DNA from: Thermoproteota archaeon
GTDB lineage: Archaea; Thermoproteota; Thermoprotei_A; Sulfolobales; Ignisphaeraceae
Assembly: GCA_030550585.1 (NCBI GenBank)
Contig: JAUQPB010000001.1
Coordinates: forward strand, 32,001-96,000
Length of the DNA: 64,000 nucleotides
Reading direction: 5' to 3'
A program made the translations under genes and the position numbers. Each line of letters begins with the position of its first letter. The stretch's first letter is position 1. The notes below the pieces were generated by a model. It was not told the origin of the DNA and made no database searches. It saw only the letters and a list, made by a program, of their open reading frames with translations. Of the stretch, positions 1-9,813 are shown in pieces.

Positions 1-856
1 TGAACTCCTGTGGGAGCTTCTCAAGTTGCTGTGGCTCTACAACAGGCTTTAGCTCATGTGGCAAAACCGGTTTTGAGCCCGGCTTCCAAACACCGTCTTT
101 CGCCTCGACTATCCACCCAATCCTATTAGCAATCTCGTATATAGCAGCCCACTCACCCTCTGTGAATAGCGCCCACACAGCTGGGAACAGGATCTTGTTT
201 TCTCTAAACACAAGCTCTCCAATCTCTCTAGCAATCTCCATTCCAAGCTCTCCAACAGCTCTGACATCCTCTAGTGATCTGCTGTTCCGGGCCTTTGTGG
301 CAAGATCAAACAACTTTCTGAGCTTTACGATAATCTGGTCTTCTCTACCCCACAAAACTCTTGGAACTGCTATGATCCCCCTTCTCTCAAGATATGGAAA
401 TATGAGCATCTGTACCTTTCTATAGTGGCTTCTTAAAGCCCTTAGATTACTAGCTAAGTCCATTAGTATTGAGAGTTGCCTCAAAGCCTCGTCAGCATCC
501 CTAGCCCTTAAGAGTATGGAGGACTGGAGGCCAAGAGCCTCAGCCTGCTTCAATATCCACTCATTCTCTCTCATGAGCAGGTCTACAGGATGGCCCTTTG
601 GAACGTCTGAGAGCTCTCTACTGGCAAGATACTCTCTAAACAGCTCTACATGCAGATCACAGAGTTTTAGAATATCGTTAATTGATATGCCCTCGCCAAC
701 AAGTTGCTGCTCTATCAAAGGAATTTCAAATGGGGATATCTGCTTAAGTATATCTCCAAACCTCTTCTTGAGCTCCTCTACACTCTCTCCTCTGTGAATG
801 GCCTTCAACATGTTTTTAACTAGCTCTGCCTTTTTATTCATATCCAAACTTGACAT
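1..856 (-). CDS. DUF438/hemerythrin-like domain protein (3' end runs off the window)
   Basis: Manual translation from ATG at 856: MSSLDMNKKAELVKNMLKAIHRGESVEELKKRF...ISPFEIPLIEQQLV.EG...CDLH...GHPVDLLMRENE...HYRKVQMLIFPYLE...RENKILFP. No stop before the window edge; not in the ORF track. Confidence 0.85.
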   Translation of the reverse strand, partial: MSSLDMNKKAELVKNMLKAIHRGESVEELKKRFGDILKQISPFEIPLIEQQLVGEGISINDILKLCDLHVELFREYLASRELSDVPKGHPVDLLMRENEWILKQAEALGLQSSILLRARDADEALRQLSILMDLASNLRALRSHYRKVQMLIFPYLERRGIIAVPRVLWGREDQIIVKLRKLFDLATKARNSRSLEDVRAVGELGMEIAREIGELVFRENKILFPAVWALFTEGEWAAIYEIANRIGWIVEAKDGVWKPGSKPVLPHELKPVVEPQQLEKLPQEF

Positions 857-1092
857 GTGTCAAGCACCGATTAGAATAGATGGCTGGAGAGCAATATAAG
901 AATAGCGATAGTGAATCGCAATGAAAAACCCATAAAGAGTTTTACATCGTCACATCATTTTTACACAACATCGCAAGTCGTTTATAAAGCCCTTACAGTT
1001 GTATGTTTACATCTATGCTCTAAGACAAGGATCTTTTCAAAAGGAAAATCTATATATAGGTCGCCTTTGCCATAGTATATACGGGGTCTTGC

Positions 1093-1428
1093 ATGCCCCT
1101 CTGGAAATGCCAGGTGTGTGGATTTGTATATGAGGGTCCAGAGCCCCCTGAGAAATGTCCTAAGTGTGGCGCCCCCAAAGAACAGTTCAAACAGCTTTCA
1201 CCACAAGAAGAGCAGCTTGTTCTAAGGTCTAGAAAGACTAACTATCTCCACATGAAGGCTCTATCACTATTAAGAGAGCTTCAGGCTGTTGCTGAAGAGA
1301 TTATCCAAGATAATCTGGATCCACCATGTGTTAAGATAGCAAATGAGGAGAAGGAGTTCGCTTTAACGATGATTCAGAAGATTATGGCTGAGCTTGAAAC
1401 CCATATGAAGAAGGGCAAGTGGGGCTAA
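1093..1428 (+). CDS. Rubredoxin-like domain protein
   Basis: N-terminal WKCQVCG...PEKCPKCG (two CxxC) followed by a helical C-terminal domain. Confidence 0.85.
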   Translation: MPLWKCQVCGFVYEGPEPPEKCPKCGAPKEQFKQLSPQEEQLVLRSRKTNYLHMKALSLLRELQAVAEEIIQDNLDPPCVKIANEEKEFALTMIQKIMAELETHMKKGKWG

Positions 1429-1488
1429 ACCCAATAGAATGCCATGTTTAAAAATGATTTGATTTAATAAAAAATGTTTTTTATAGCC

Positions 1489-2364
1489 TCATTCTCTTTG
1501 CTCGCCTCTGCCAACCATCTTTGTTAGTGCTGTTAGCAGCTCTAGTGGAATGACTATCTTCGTAGATGGTGCTTCTGCTATCGATTTGAGCGCCTCTAGA
1601 TACTGAAGCAGAATGGCGTTTGGCCCTAGCTTCGCCGCCGCCTCGTTTATCAGCTCAAGTGCCTTCGCCCTTCCCTCTGCCACAAGTATCTGGTACTGTT
1701 TCTCTCCCTCACCCTTCTTTATCATTGCCTCTCTCTGGCCCTCAGCCTCTAGAATAGCCGCTGTTCTCTTGCCATCGGCCTCAGCTATCATAGCCCTCCT
1801 ATTTCTTTCAGCCGCCATCTGCTTTATCATCGCCTCTTGAACCTCCTTTGGCGGTTTAATCTCTTTTATCTCAACTGATGTTACTTTTATCCCCCATCTA
1901 TCTGTGACCTCATCTAGCCTAGCCCTAAGAGTAGAGTTTATGTACTCTCTTTTTGCAAGCACATCATCTAAAAGCATATCGCCTATTATAGCCCTTAGAG
2001 TGGTTATTGCTATACCTGTAGCCGCATTAACATAGTTTTGAACTGCTGTAACTGCTTTTATAGGATCGAATATCTTCATATAGACAAGCAGATCAACATC
2101 TACTGGCGCATTATCCTTTGTTATGCATGTCTGTGGAGGGATATCAATTACAAACTCCCTCAAGTCGATTGTTACACCAGTGTCTATTATGGGTATCAAA
2201 AAGACTATTCCAGGCCCCTTAACACCAACAAGTTTACCAAGCCTAAACACAACCAATCTTCTATACTCTGGCACAACCTTTATCCTTGGAACCACAATTG
2301 CTAGTATAATTATCAAAAACAGTATTAGTAGAAAGATTGAGACCACATCCATATCTGCCACCAA
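1489..2364 (-). CDS. SPFH/band 7 (stomatin-like) membrane protein
   Basis: N-terminal TM, RLVVFRLGK, ITKDN, RWGIKVTSVEIKEI, AER.RRA coiled coil; directly downstream of nfeD. Confidence 0.95.
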   Translation of the reverse strand: MVADMDVVSIFLLILFLIIILAIVVPRIKVVPEYRRLVVFRLGKLVGVKGPGIVFLIPIIDTGVTIDLREFVIDIPPQTCITKDNAPVDVDLLVYMKIFDPIKAVTAVQNYVNAATGIAITTLRAIIGDMLLDDVLAKREYINSTLRARLDEVTDRWGIKVTSVEIKEIKPPKEVQEAMIKQMAAERNRRAMIAEADGKRTAAILEAEGQREAMIKKGEGEKQYQILVAEGRAKALELINEAAAKLGPNAILLQYLEALKSIAEAPSTKIVIPLELLTALTKMVGRGEQRE

Positions 2365-2399
2365 AACACATAGTTTTTGGCTGTAAAATAAATGCTTTT

Positions 2400-3641
2400 C
2401 TAATCAATTTTCTCGACATATAGCTTTAGACCATCGACCCTAACTACCCTCACTCTAGAGCCTGCTGGTATAGCCCCCCTAACAGAGTATGCTGTCCAAT
2501 CCTCGCCAAGTACATAGACAACGCCAGGGCTTGTTTCACCAATATCTGTTTTGGCGATGCCTATAGAGGATAGAAGCTGTTGCTCCAAAGATGGTCTTCT
2601 TCTCCTAGCGGTTTCAACAGCTTTATACGCTGCAAAAACCATTATAGATGATATTGTTGCCAAGCCTCCAATAACTATGTAGACAGCTTGGGTAAGCAGC
2701 TGTGGGGGTGTTAGATAGATCTGGTAGGCAGCTCCAATAACGAGTAGTGCTATACCACTAACCCCGAATAAGCCGAACCCAGGTGTGAACATCTCTACTG
2801 CTAATAGTGTAGCCCCTGAAACAGCTATTATCAATGCAAATATGTCTGGGGGTATAATATTCATTGAGTAGAGAGATAGGGAAATAAGTATTGCGCCAGC
2901 TACTGCATATCCCTGGAAACCAGCTGTCAGAATCTCAGCCACAACCAAAATAGCTCCAGAGACTAGAAGAATCATAGACACTATTGGCAGTGAAAATACA
3001 GAGACTAGCCTATCCCATAAACCAGGTCTAAACACACCCGAGACAGAGACTCCAATAGCTTTTTCAACCTCCTCTAGAGAGTCAGCTCTTCTAGCAAAAC
3101 CAATCGATATAGCCTCATCAGCTGTTAGAGTCTTTCCCTCTCTAACCATAGACTCTGCAACCATAACAAGAGTCGCATTGTTGCCGAAGAGCCTCTGAGC
3201 CAAAGACCTGAACCTGGCAGCTACATACTCAACTGTTTTCTTGTCAGATGGCTGGGGAATAGCATCGCCAATAACAGAGCCAGAGCCCATGAAAATACCT
3301 CTGCAAGCCAATGCAACCATAGATGCAGCTGAGACAGCATATCCACCTGGGGGGACCCACGCATAGCAAGTTATGTTTCTCTCAACAATTGTATTAACAA
3401 TCTCGTCAGCAACAGATAGATACCCACCATAGCTATTGATACCCAGAATAACAACCCTATCACCAGCATCCCTAAAAACCCTCTGAAGAAAAGTCAATGC
3501 ACCACCATCTACATTCATAGCCAGATCAACAAAAACAGCATTAGAATCCCCAGCAAACGCTATAGAGACTAAAGAGGCTAGATAACCTAAAACAACCAAA
3601 ACAGCTATTACAAAAACCCTTGAAACAGCCATAGCATACAC
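2400..3641 (-). CDS. nfeD: NfeD family membrane-bound ClpP-class protease (stomatin operon partner)
   Basis: Signal peptide, ClpP-like domain (INSYGG, AVSAAS), multi-TM region with PGFG, C-terminal OB fold (GVVYVLGEDWTA). Confidence 0.9.
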   Translation of the reverse strand: MYAMAVSRVFVIAVLVVLGYLASLVSIAFAGDSNAVFVDLAMNVDGGALTFLQRVFRDAGDRVVILGINSYGGYLSVADEIVNTIVERNITCYAWVPPGGYAVSAASMVALACRGIFMGSGSVIGDAIPQPSDKKTVEYVAARFRSLAQRLFGNNATLVMVAESMVREGKTLTADEAISIGFARRADSLEEVEKAIGVSVSGVFRPGLWDRLVSVFSLPIVSMILLVSGAILVVAEILTAGFQGYAVAGAILISLSLYSMNIIPPDIFALIIAVSGATLLAVEMFTPGFGLFGVSGIALLVIGAAYQIYLTPPQLLTQAVYIVIGGLATISSIMVFAAYKAVETARRRRPSLEQQLLSSIGIAKTDIGETSPGVVYVLGEDWTAYSVRGAIPAGSRVRVVRVDGLKLYVEKID

Positions 3642-3923
3642 CCTAAATCATTTCGACTCCATTTATCGAGCTACACTATTTACTTTATCAATCTGTTCTC
3701 ACAAAACAAAAACTTATAATACTTTATGGTGTACACTATGTTGGATCGAGCATAAAACTTTATGGCTATGAGAACAGCGAAAATTAATTTGCAATCCAAT
3801 GTAGAATGATAATAAATGATTATAAATTATTGAACTGAGTATTACTGGTACACTCTATAAACATTGTTTTCCACCGTTAAAAAAAAGCTTGCTCAGCTAT
3901 ACATTATATTATGAGGTGAGCAG

Positions 3924-5201
3924 ATGGCTCTTACCACAATCTTTCGTGGGCATAGAACACTGGTTGTGTCAGCCCTTGTAGCTACCGTAGCAATAATAAT
4001 ACATGGTGTTGCGCCTGGATATTTCGCGATAAACAGTATTGATGTTATGAATAGTTTTAGCTCCTCATTGCAGAGTATCGGAGGATTTCTGAAGAACTCT
4101 ATAAGAGACTTTATAGGGAATTTGTTTAGTTGCGCCACTTGTACATATGATCATAAGGATTGTATTATTATACCTGGTAAGTATTGTAACGGGACTGGTG
4201 TGTTCTCCAGGGAGATGATGATCTATGGTGGAACCAATGGTTCGTGGATCGACAGGATCTATTTAAGAACATCCATAGTTCCTGTCCCAAACAACTATGC
4301 CTATGCTATTGCGCATTCCCTTAGGCAGAGAGTTGGCATTAGCGTCAATATTGATGAGCAGCATCTATACACAATAATATTGAGGATAATTAGGCATACA
4401 CCTGTTAAGGAGAGATGCAGTAGCGAGGAATGTGTTAAGATTTATAGGGTTCCAAGCGATGAGGCAATAGCATTTCTGGTTCTTAAAAATGGTAGCGGTA
4501 TATCGATATATGTTGCCAAATTCAATGGCAGTAGGGTTGTCAGCATCTCTGCAGCTAGATACCTTGTTTATAGTCGAGAAATTGTTCTAGAGAATAGGCG
4601 GAGCATTAGGGATGAAGTGAAATCAAGGCTCAACATCACAGAAAACGATATTGAGAGGCTTGGCATCCCCACAGAGGTTGTAGAGAAGCTTATTGTCTAT
4701 CGCTATAAACTTGATTTGAATAGTCTTGGCAAAGAATATACAACTATCGATGGCATCAACATTGATCCCGCAATGGCCCCGGGACCAGTTCTATATGAGC
4801 TAAGGTCCCAGATAGCAACAGGCTCCATAGTCTATGCCGAGACCATACTCAGAATAGAAACTTATTGGTCTCCAGTAATAGGGGTGATAGTATCGGCTAT
4901 AGACAGAAGTGAATGCAAATCCTATACCCCAACAATGCTTGTATCTGACTGTTATCACAAAGTATATCTAACTGCATCGACAGTTGAAGGAGAGGCTTAT
5001 GGAAAATATGTGCTTATTGTAGGCATACTCCCACCGATATACATAACCTACTGTGCTGGGGCAAAAATGGCTGTAAATAGAACAACTGGGCTACCTATTG
5101 TTGGCAATACACGTGTTTGTTGGTGGCTTGGCTCACCGCCACCAAGTCCGAGGGGATCCACCGGGTGTAAAGATATGTGCCCAGTTTGTATATATGGGTA
5201 A
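3924..5201 (+). CDS. Hypothetical secreted Cys-rich protein
   Basis: 425-aa ORF, GAGGTGA RBS upstream, N-terminal hydrophobic signal, 13 Cys; no family recognised. Confidence 0.7.
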   Translation: MALTTIFRGHRTLVVSALVATVAIIIHGVAPGYFAINSIDVMNSFSSSLQSIGGFLKNSIRDFIGNLFSCATCTYDHKDCIIIPGKYCNGTGVFSREMMIYGGTNGSWIDRIYLRTSIVPVPNNYAYAIAHSLRQRVGISVNIDEQHLYTIILRIIRHTPVKERCSSEECVKIYRVPSDEAIAFLVLKNGSGISIYVAKFNGSRVVSISAARYLVYSREIVLENRRSIRDEVKSRLNITENDIERLGIPTEVVEKLIVYRYKLDLNSLGKEYTTIDGINIDPAMAPGPVLYELRSQIATGSIVYAETILRIETYWSPVIGVIVSAIDRSECKSYTPTMLVSDCYHKVYLTASTVEGEAYGKYVLIVGILPPIYITYCAGAKMAVNRTTGLPIVGNTRVCWWLGSPPPSPRGSTGCKDMCPVCIYG

Positions 5202-5368
5202 AGCCTGTCATAGGCAATGCAACAACTCTTTCCAAAGGATTCCAAAATCAGGGAAGGGTAATGTGTTTTCGAAACATTTTATGTGTCTAGCTGAAAGATT
5301 CTGACCTCTCTGTTTTTTAATTGGGGTAGGGGCAGCAATGCTAAAAGCAATGTTTTTTGTGTTTGGAG

Positions 5369-6609
5369 CTATTTGCTTCTTTTCTTTATTAAAATGTTTA
5401 TTGCTATAGCTATTACCGCTGCTATTATTGAGAATATTGCTGAGAGGAGAGCTGTTGTAATGAATGAGCCTGTTAAGTCCCTGGCTAAACCTCCTATTAG
5501 TGGACCAGCTATGGATGCTGCCATTACAACTGATGTTTGTATACCCAGTAGTTTCCCCATGTTGTTTTGTCCAAACAGCTTTGGTATTAGAAGCATATGT
5601 GCAACTGGTTCTCCGCCAAATGCTAGAAATCTCAGCCAAATCATTGAAACTACCGCCTCTATGCTATGTTTGGTAAAGCTTATCGCTAAAAACATTGATG
5701 CTGCTTCTACAGCGTATAGCAGTGGGAGAGTCTCTAAAACACCTAGGCGCATAGCTATAAACCCCCATGCAAAGGCTCCTACACTTTGCAGCACACCCGA
5801 TACGCTCATGACCATTGGTACATAGCTTCTAGATATAGTAGTGCTATCCATGCCCAGGTTCTTGCAGAAATCTGTTGTTATAGGTGCTAGGAACTGGAGG
5901 AGTATAGTGGATGACATAGCTATGAAGAACTCTCTAGATAGGAAAAAGCGAAGAATATTGGAGCAAGTAAGAATATGAATGTTGCCGGGATTTTTGCAAA
6001 GGTTGTCGAAGACCCTTTTACAGAATCTCTATATAGGCTTTGTCTAGAGTATATAATGCCGCAAACAATCATTGCTATAAACGATACTATTGATAGAGCA
6101 AGAAATACTTCAAACACGTCAAACACCTCTATCATTGCAGATATTATAGGAGACCACATAGTCAGAGCTAGATAGCTAGCGCTTTGGGCAATAGCCAAGG
6201 CAATGGCAGGTTTGTCAGAGAATGACATTAGCAGAGCGGGATTAACGCTCAACACTAGAGCTGTTGCGCCAAGGCCAGCCACAACATTTCCCGCATACCA
6301 CATCCACATAGATAAACCCCATGAGAAAAACTTCATGGGGTAAAATACAAAGGCTGATAGAAGCTGTGTTAAAGCACCTATGTAAATAACAACCGAGGGC
6401 CCCCTCCTATCGTATAGACCACCAAGAAGATAAGATGAGAACACAGATGCCACACCCGATAGCATAGGACCTAGGGACAGCAGTGTAACAGCGCCAATGC
6501 TATAGTAGCTCATTAGATGTGAATAGAATATCGAGATATTCATTCTCCAACTAGATACGAGAATAGCTATTAAACCAGCCAACATGAGAACCAATCTCTT
6601 GCCGTTCAT
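5369..6609 (-). pseudogene. MFS transporter (OFA-like), frameshifted by a 26-bp insertion at 5930-5955
   Basis: Two hydrophobic ORFs (5920-6639 and 5369-5917) with MFS motifs (GGLYDRRGP, GPLIGGLARD). Deleting 5930-5955 restores the in-frame LAPIFFIAMSST. Confidence 0.85.
5930..5955 (+). repeat. 26-bp exact direct repeat, copy 1 (copy 2 at 6749-6774)
   Basis: ctctctagataggaaaaagcgaagaa is present at both positions. Confidence 0.95.
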
Positions 6610-6673
6610 TGGCACCCCCTTTACATGCACATTTTGCATAGAAAGGGTTTTTAATATTTAGACTAATTATTTG

Positions 6674-6937
6674 TTATCTCCCATGTTTTCTAGCTATAGC
6701 AACTACAGCATTTTTGTCAAAGTACACTAACTCTACTACTGTGAAGCCCTCTCTAGATAGGAAAAAGCGAAGAAGATTCACAGGTATGTCGCTTGCATTG
6801 AATATGATTCTGATCTCCTCGACCTCCTCTCTAGAAATACTACGCAAGCTATTTACTAAAACAGCTATGGGATGCGAATTGCAAGAGCTTGGCACACCCC
6901 TCAAATCTATTTCCTTGGTTCTCAACCTCCTCACCAC
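6674..6937 (-). CDS. Small TusA/SirA-like protein
   Basis: EIDLRG..SC..HP motif and 87-aa size resemble the TusA fold. Confidence 0.55.
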   Translation of the reverse strand: MVRRLRTKEIDLRGVPSSCNSHPIAVLVNSLRSISREEVEEIRIIFNASDIPVNLLRFFLSREGFTVVELVYFDKNAVVAIARKHGR

Positions 6938-7039
6938 ACCATGGCAGACCCCACCATCGAAACCCAGGAGTTAACACTATTACATAGATATTTGTTGAGG
7001 AAACAAAAGTTTTTGCCTTGTTTGCGAAAAAAGCTTTTG

Positions 7040-7088
7040 ATGATGAGTGCACGTCAGGTTGAGTGATGATTGAACAGTCGTGTGCTGA
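7040..7088 (+). ncRNA. Box C/D methylation guide sRNA
   Basis: C ATGATGA (7040), guide GTGCACGTCAGG, D' TTGA, C' GTGATGA (7063), guide TTGAACAGTCGTGTG, D CTGA (7085). Confidence 0.85.
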
Positions 7089-7163
7089 GCAAGGTAATTT
7101 CAGTTTTTTGCATAGACATGAGGTTTAAGAGCTGTGGAAAATTCCTTGGTGTTGTATAGTGGG

Positions 7164-8060
7164 CTAAGTTGCTTTTCTAAAGATTTTGAATCCGTTGGTG
7201 TAGCACCATAGAAGCAGTGCTATAGCTATGATTATGCCTCCCACCAACGCATATATAATACTCATGGTGTTCTGAGGAACCTTTTCCAGTGTTGCTGTAG
7301 AGAGGATTGTTGTTAAAACAGTTTCTTGGGATGACACAGTTTTTGTTGTAGTAACTGTCGCAAATTGTGTAGCTGTTTGCTGTGATGGGGCTTGAACAGT
7401 TTCTCTCTGTGTTAAGGTAATTAAGCTGATGTAGGTTGATACTTGCTGCACTGTTGTTGGTGTAATACGCTCCACAGTAACTGTTGTTGGTTGTAAAAGA
7501 AGAGCCCACACTGTTGATGTTGTTGTGGTGGGGGATAGCTGTGTGAGGGTTACTGTTGATAGAAGTGTTGTTGTCGCTGTAATTGTTGTAGTTGGTATAA
7601 GGACTTGGGGTGTAGTGGCATTTAAGCCGCTAACCCTCTCTAGGCTTATGCTCACATATGCCTCATAAGATATGAGATTCATTAGTATAATGGTATAGTT
7701 GCCGCCCGCCATAGTCTTAATAGAGAATGTTGTTTGCTGCCTAGTTGCATTAATTCTAAAAATGGCCACAGGATAATTCTGCGGATCCAAAACAATTCCA
7801 GCTACATCTATACAAAAATCGACTGTACATGTAGCTCTACTCTTTATTGTGCCAACCACACTATCTAGTGGATTTAGCCTAATCTGAAACCTTACAAAAG
7901 ACTTTGGCGGTATAAAAACATAGTCATTGGAATATATGACCTGGCCATACAGACTCTGAATTGATGCATGCAATGCAATTCCTATAAGAACAATCAGTAC
8001 CACTAGACTACATTGTTTCCCAACCCTTTCAACTAACTGAAAGATATTCACAGCCTGCAT
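7164..8060 (-). CDS. Surface-anchored protein (beta/GOLD-like domain, Thr-rich linker, C-terminal TM)
   Basis: N-terminal signal, GNYTIILMN beta-domain motif, long Thr-rich stretch, C-terminal TM plus basic tail. Start at ATG 8060 is chosen, not proven. Confidence 0.8.
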   Translation of the reverse strand: MQAVNIFQLVERVGKQCSLVVLIVLIGIALHASIQSLYGQVIYSNDYVFIPPKSFVRFQIRLNPLDSVVGTIKSRATCTVDFCIDVAGIVLDPQNYPVAIFRINATRQQTTFSIKTMAGGNYTIILMNLISYEAYVSISLERVSGLNATTPQVLIPTTTITATTTLLSTVTLTQLSPTTTTSTVWALLLQPTTVTVERITPTTVQQVSTYISLITLTQRETVQAPSQQTATQFATVTTTKTVSSQETVLTTILSTATLEKVPQNTMSIIYALVGGIIIAIALLLWCYTNGFKIFRKAT

Positions 8061-8156
8061 ATCTTCCCTCCAGTATACGCAACCATGTAAACACATATAT
8101 ATAGTTTATCTCTTCTAGTCTAAAAACAGCAATAGAGATCGAAACATCTACACCAA

Positions 8157-8206
8157 GTGATGATAAGATCGCCGCTCTGATCAGTGATGATGGCCGAGTT
8201 CACTGA
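8157..8206 (+). ncRNA. Box C/D methylation guide sRNA
   Basis: C GTGATGA (8157), guide TAAGATCGCCGCT, D' CTGA, C' GTGATGA (8184), guide TGGCCGAGTTCA, D CTGA (8203). All four boxes are perfect. Confidence 0.9.
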
Positions 8207-8496
8207 CAACATATTCTCTACTAAGCCAAATAAGACACAGAAAGTTAGCATCGATTATATCAGCGCAATTCTCTCCTATCATCAATCAACAGCGGTGGAG
8301 GATCATCATCAAAATTTTGCATCAAAAACACAAAAAATATGTATATGTATAAAATGTTTATCAGTGCGTATAGCTGTTATCACAATTCAAATCGCGGCCT
8401 CTATCATCATCACATCTATACATGAATAAAAAATACTATTAAAAGCTTTTGATTATATTTCATCCATAGTGTGGAGCTGTAGTAACTATGACAGAT

Positions 8497-8548
8497 GTGA
8501 TGAGGGCTGTAGCCTCTGCTGATATGTGATGTTGCCCCTACCCCCTGA
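8497..8548 (+). ncRNA. Box C/D methylation guide sRNA
   Basis: C GTGATGA (8497), guide GGGCTGTAGCCTCTG, D' CTGA, C' GTGATGT (8526), guide TGCCCCTACCCC, D CTGA (8545). Confidence 0.85.
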
Positions 8549-8616
8549 TCAATCCTATGGCTACGCAAATCTTAAATTATGAAAAATATAGTGTATAATA
8601 CTGTGTGTGATAGTGA

Positions 8617-9680
8617 TTGGAGGCATCGTGGATTTGTAGGTCTTGTGGTTTTCGTGCTAACATATTTGATGGCTATTATTGGAGGTGCCCTGTTTGCGGA
8701 TCCCCGATAGATATATCTTATGAGCCTGTCTATGAGTTTGGTGGTAGGGGTCTTGATAGGTTTCGTGGTTTGCTTCCTTTTACGCCTGATAGGTATAGGG
8801 GTGAGGGGGAGACAAAGCTTGTTGAGGAGACCATTGATGGTGTTAAGCTGTTGCTTAAGCTTGAGTATATGAATCCGAGTGGCAGTTTTAAGGATAGGGG
8901 ATCAGCTCTATCCATCTACTATGCCTATAGAATGGGTTTTAGAAGAGTGGTGGAGGACTCGAGTGGAAACGCGGGTTTGTCGGTAGCTCTATACTCATTG
9001 GTCTACGGGCTAAAACCAACGATAATTATACCCAAAACTGTTTCTAGATCTAAGAGAGATCTGATTAGAGTTGTGGGAGGAGATGTTGTAGAGGTTGACA
9101 CAAGGCGTGATGCCGCTCTCTACGCTGCTAAACTATCTTTGACAGGATTCTATGTTGCTCATACATGGAGTCCTCTATACATATACGGCTCAGCAACAAT
9201 AGCATTTGAAGTGTATGAAGAGGTGGGCGAGCCCGATGCTGTAATAGCCCCAGCAGGTTCTGGGGGATTGTTGCTAGGCATTATAAAGGGTTTTGAAATT
9301 CTCAAAAAGCTTGGAAAGGGAAAAAGGTTCCCCGGCCCATAGCAGTCCAAGGCTACAGTGTTCAGCCAATATTCAAAGAGGTTAAAGGGTTCGAATCAGC
9401 TGGAGAGGAATCAACTCTAGCAGAGGGAATAATGGTTCAAAACCCACCAAGACTAAAAGAGGTGGCTAAAGCGATTAAAATGTATGATGGGGATGTAATA
9501 CTAGTTGGAAACAGCGAAATAAGAAAAGCCCTTGAGAATCTAATTGACATGGGATTCTTAGTAGAACCAACATCTGCCACAGTATATGCAGCATTTGAGA
9601 AGATCAAAGAGAAGTTGAGAGGACTTAGGATACTTGTTCCACTTACCGGATCAGGACTGAAGATGGTTCAAGAACTATAG
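8617..9680 (+). pseudogene. thrC: Threonine synthase-like PLP enzyme, split by a -1 frameshift near 9318-9325
   Basis: Zn-ribbon N-terminus, NPSGSFKDRG, SSGNAG, PAGSGGLL. The -1 frame continues KVPRPIAVQG...VEPTSA...LTGSGLK. Confidence 0.8.
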
Positions 9681-9813
9681 AAACATGATTAGGGCGGTCC
9701 AGCACCGAAAGCCCTCAGCACATTTTGATTGCATATTACACTATGGCTATAGGCCTTAACACAAAATATAATGATAAAAACAATTGAGAATATTGATGTA
9801 GAAATCTATACTT

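Noticed and set aside
162-797. Plus-strand ORFs 162-425 and 516-797, and the many other short ORFs antisense to long genes
   Set aside because: Shadows of well-supported genes on the opposite strand.
7280-7620. Thr-codon-rich low-complexity DNA
   Set aside because: Ordinary Thr-rich linker of an archaeal surface protein, not a DNA repeat element.
9685-9730. GC-rich element ATGATTA-gggcggtccagca-CCGA...TTGA after the thrC-like gene, considered as a C/D sRNA
   Set aside because: No recognisable C' box and degenerate boxes on both strands; may just be a short AGGGC/GCCCT hairpin.
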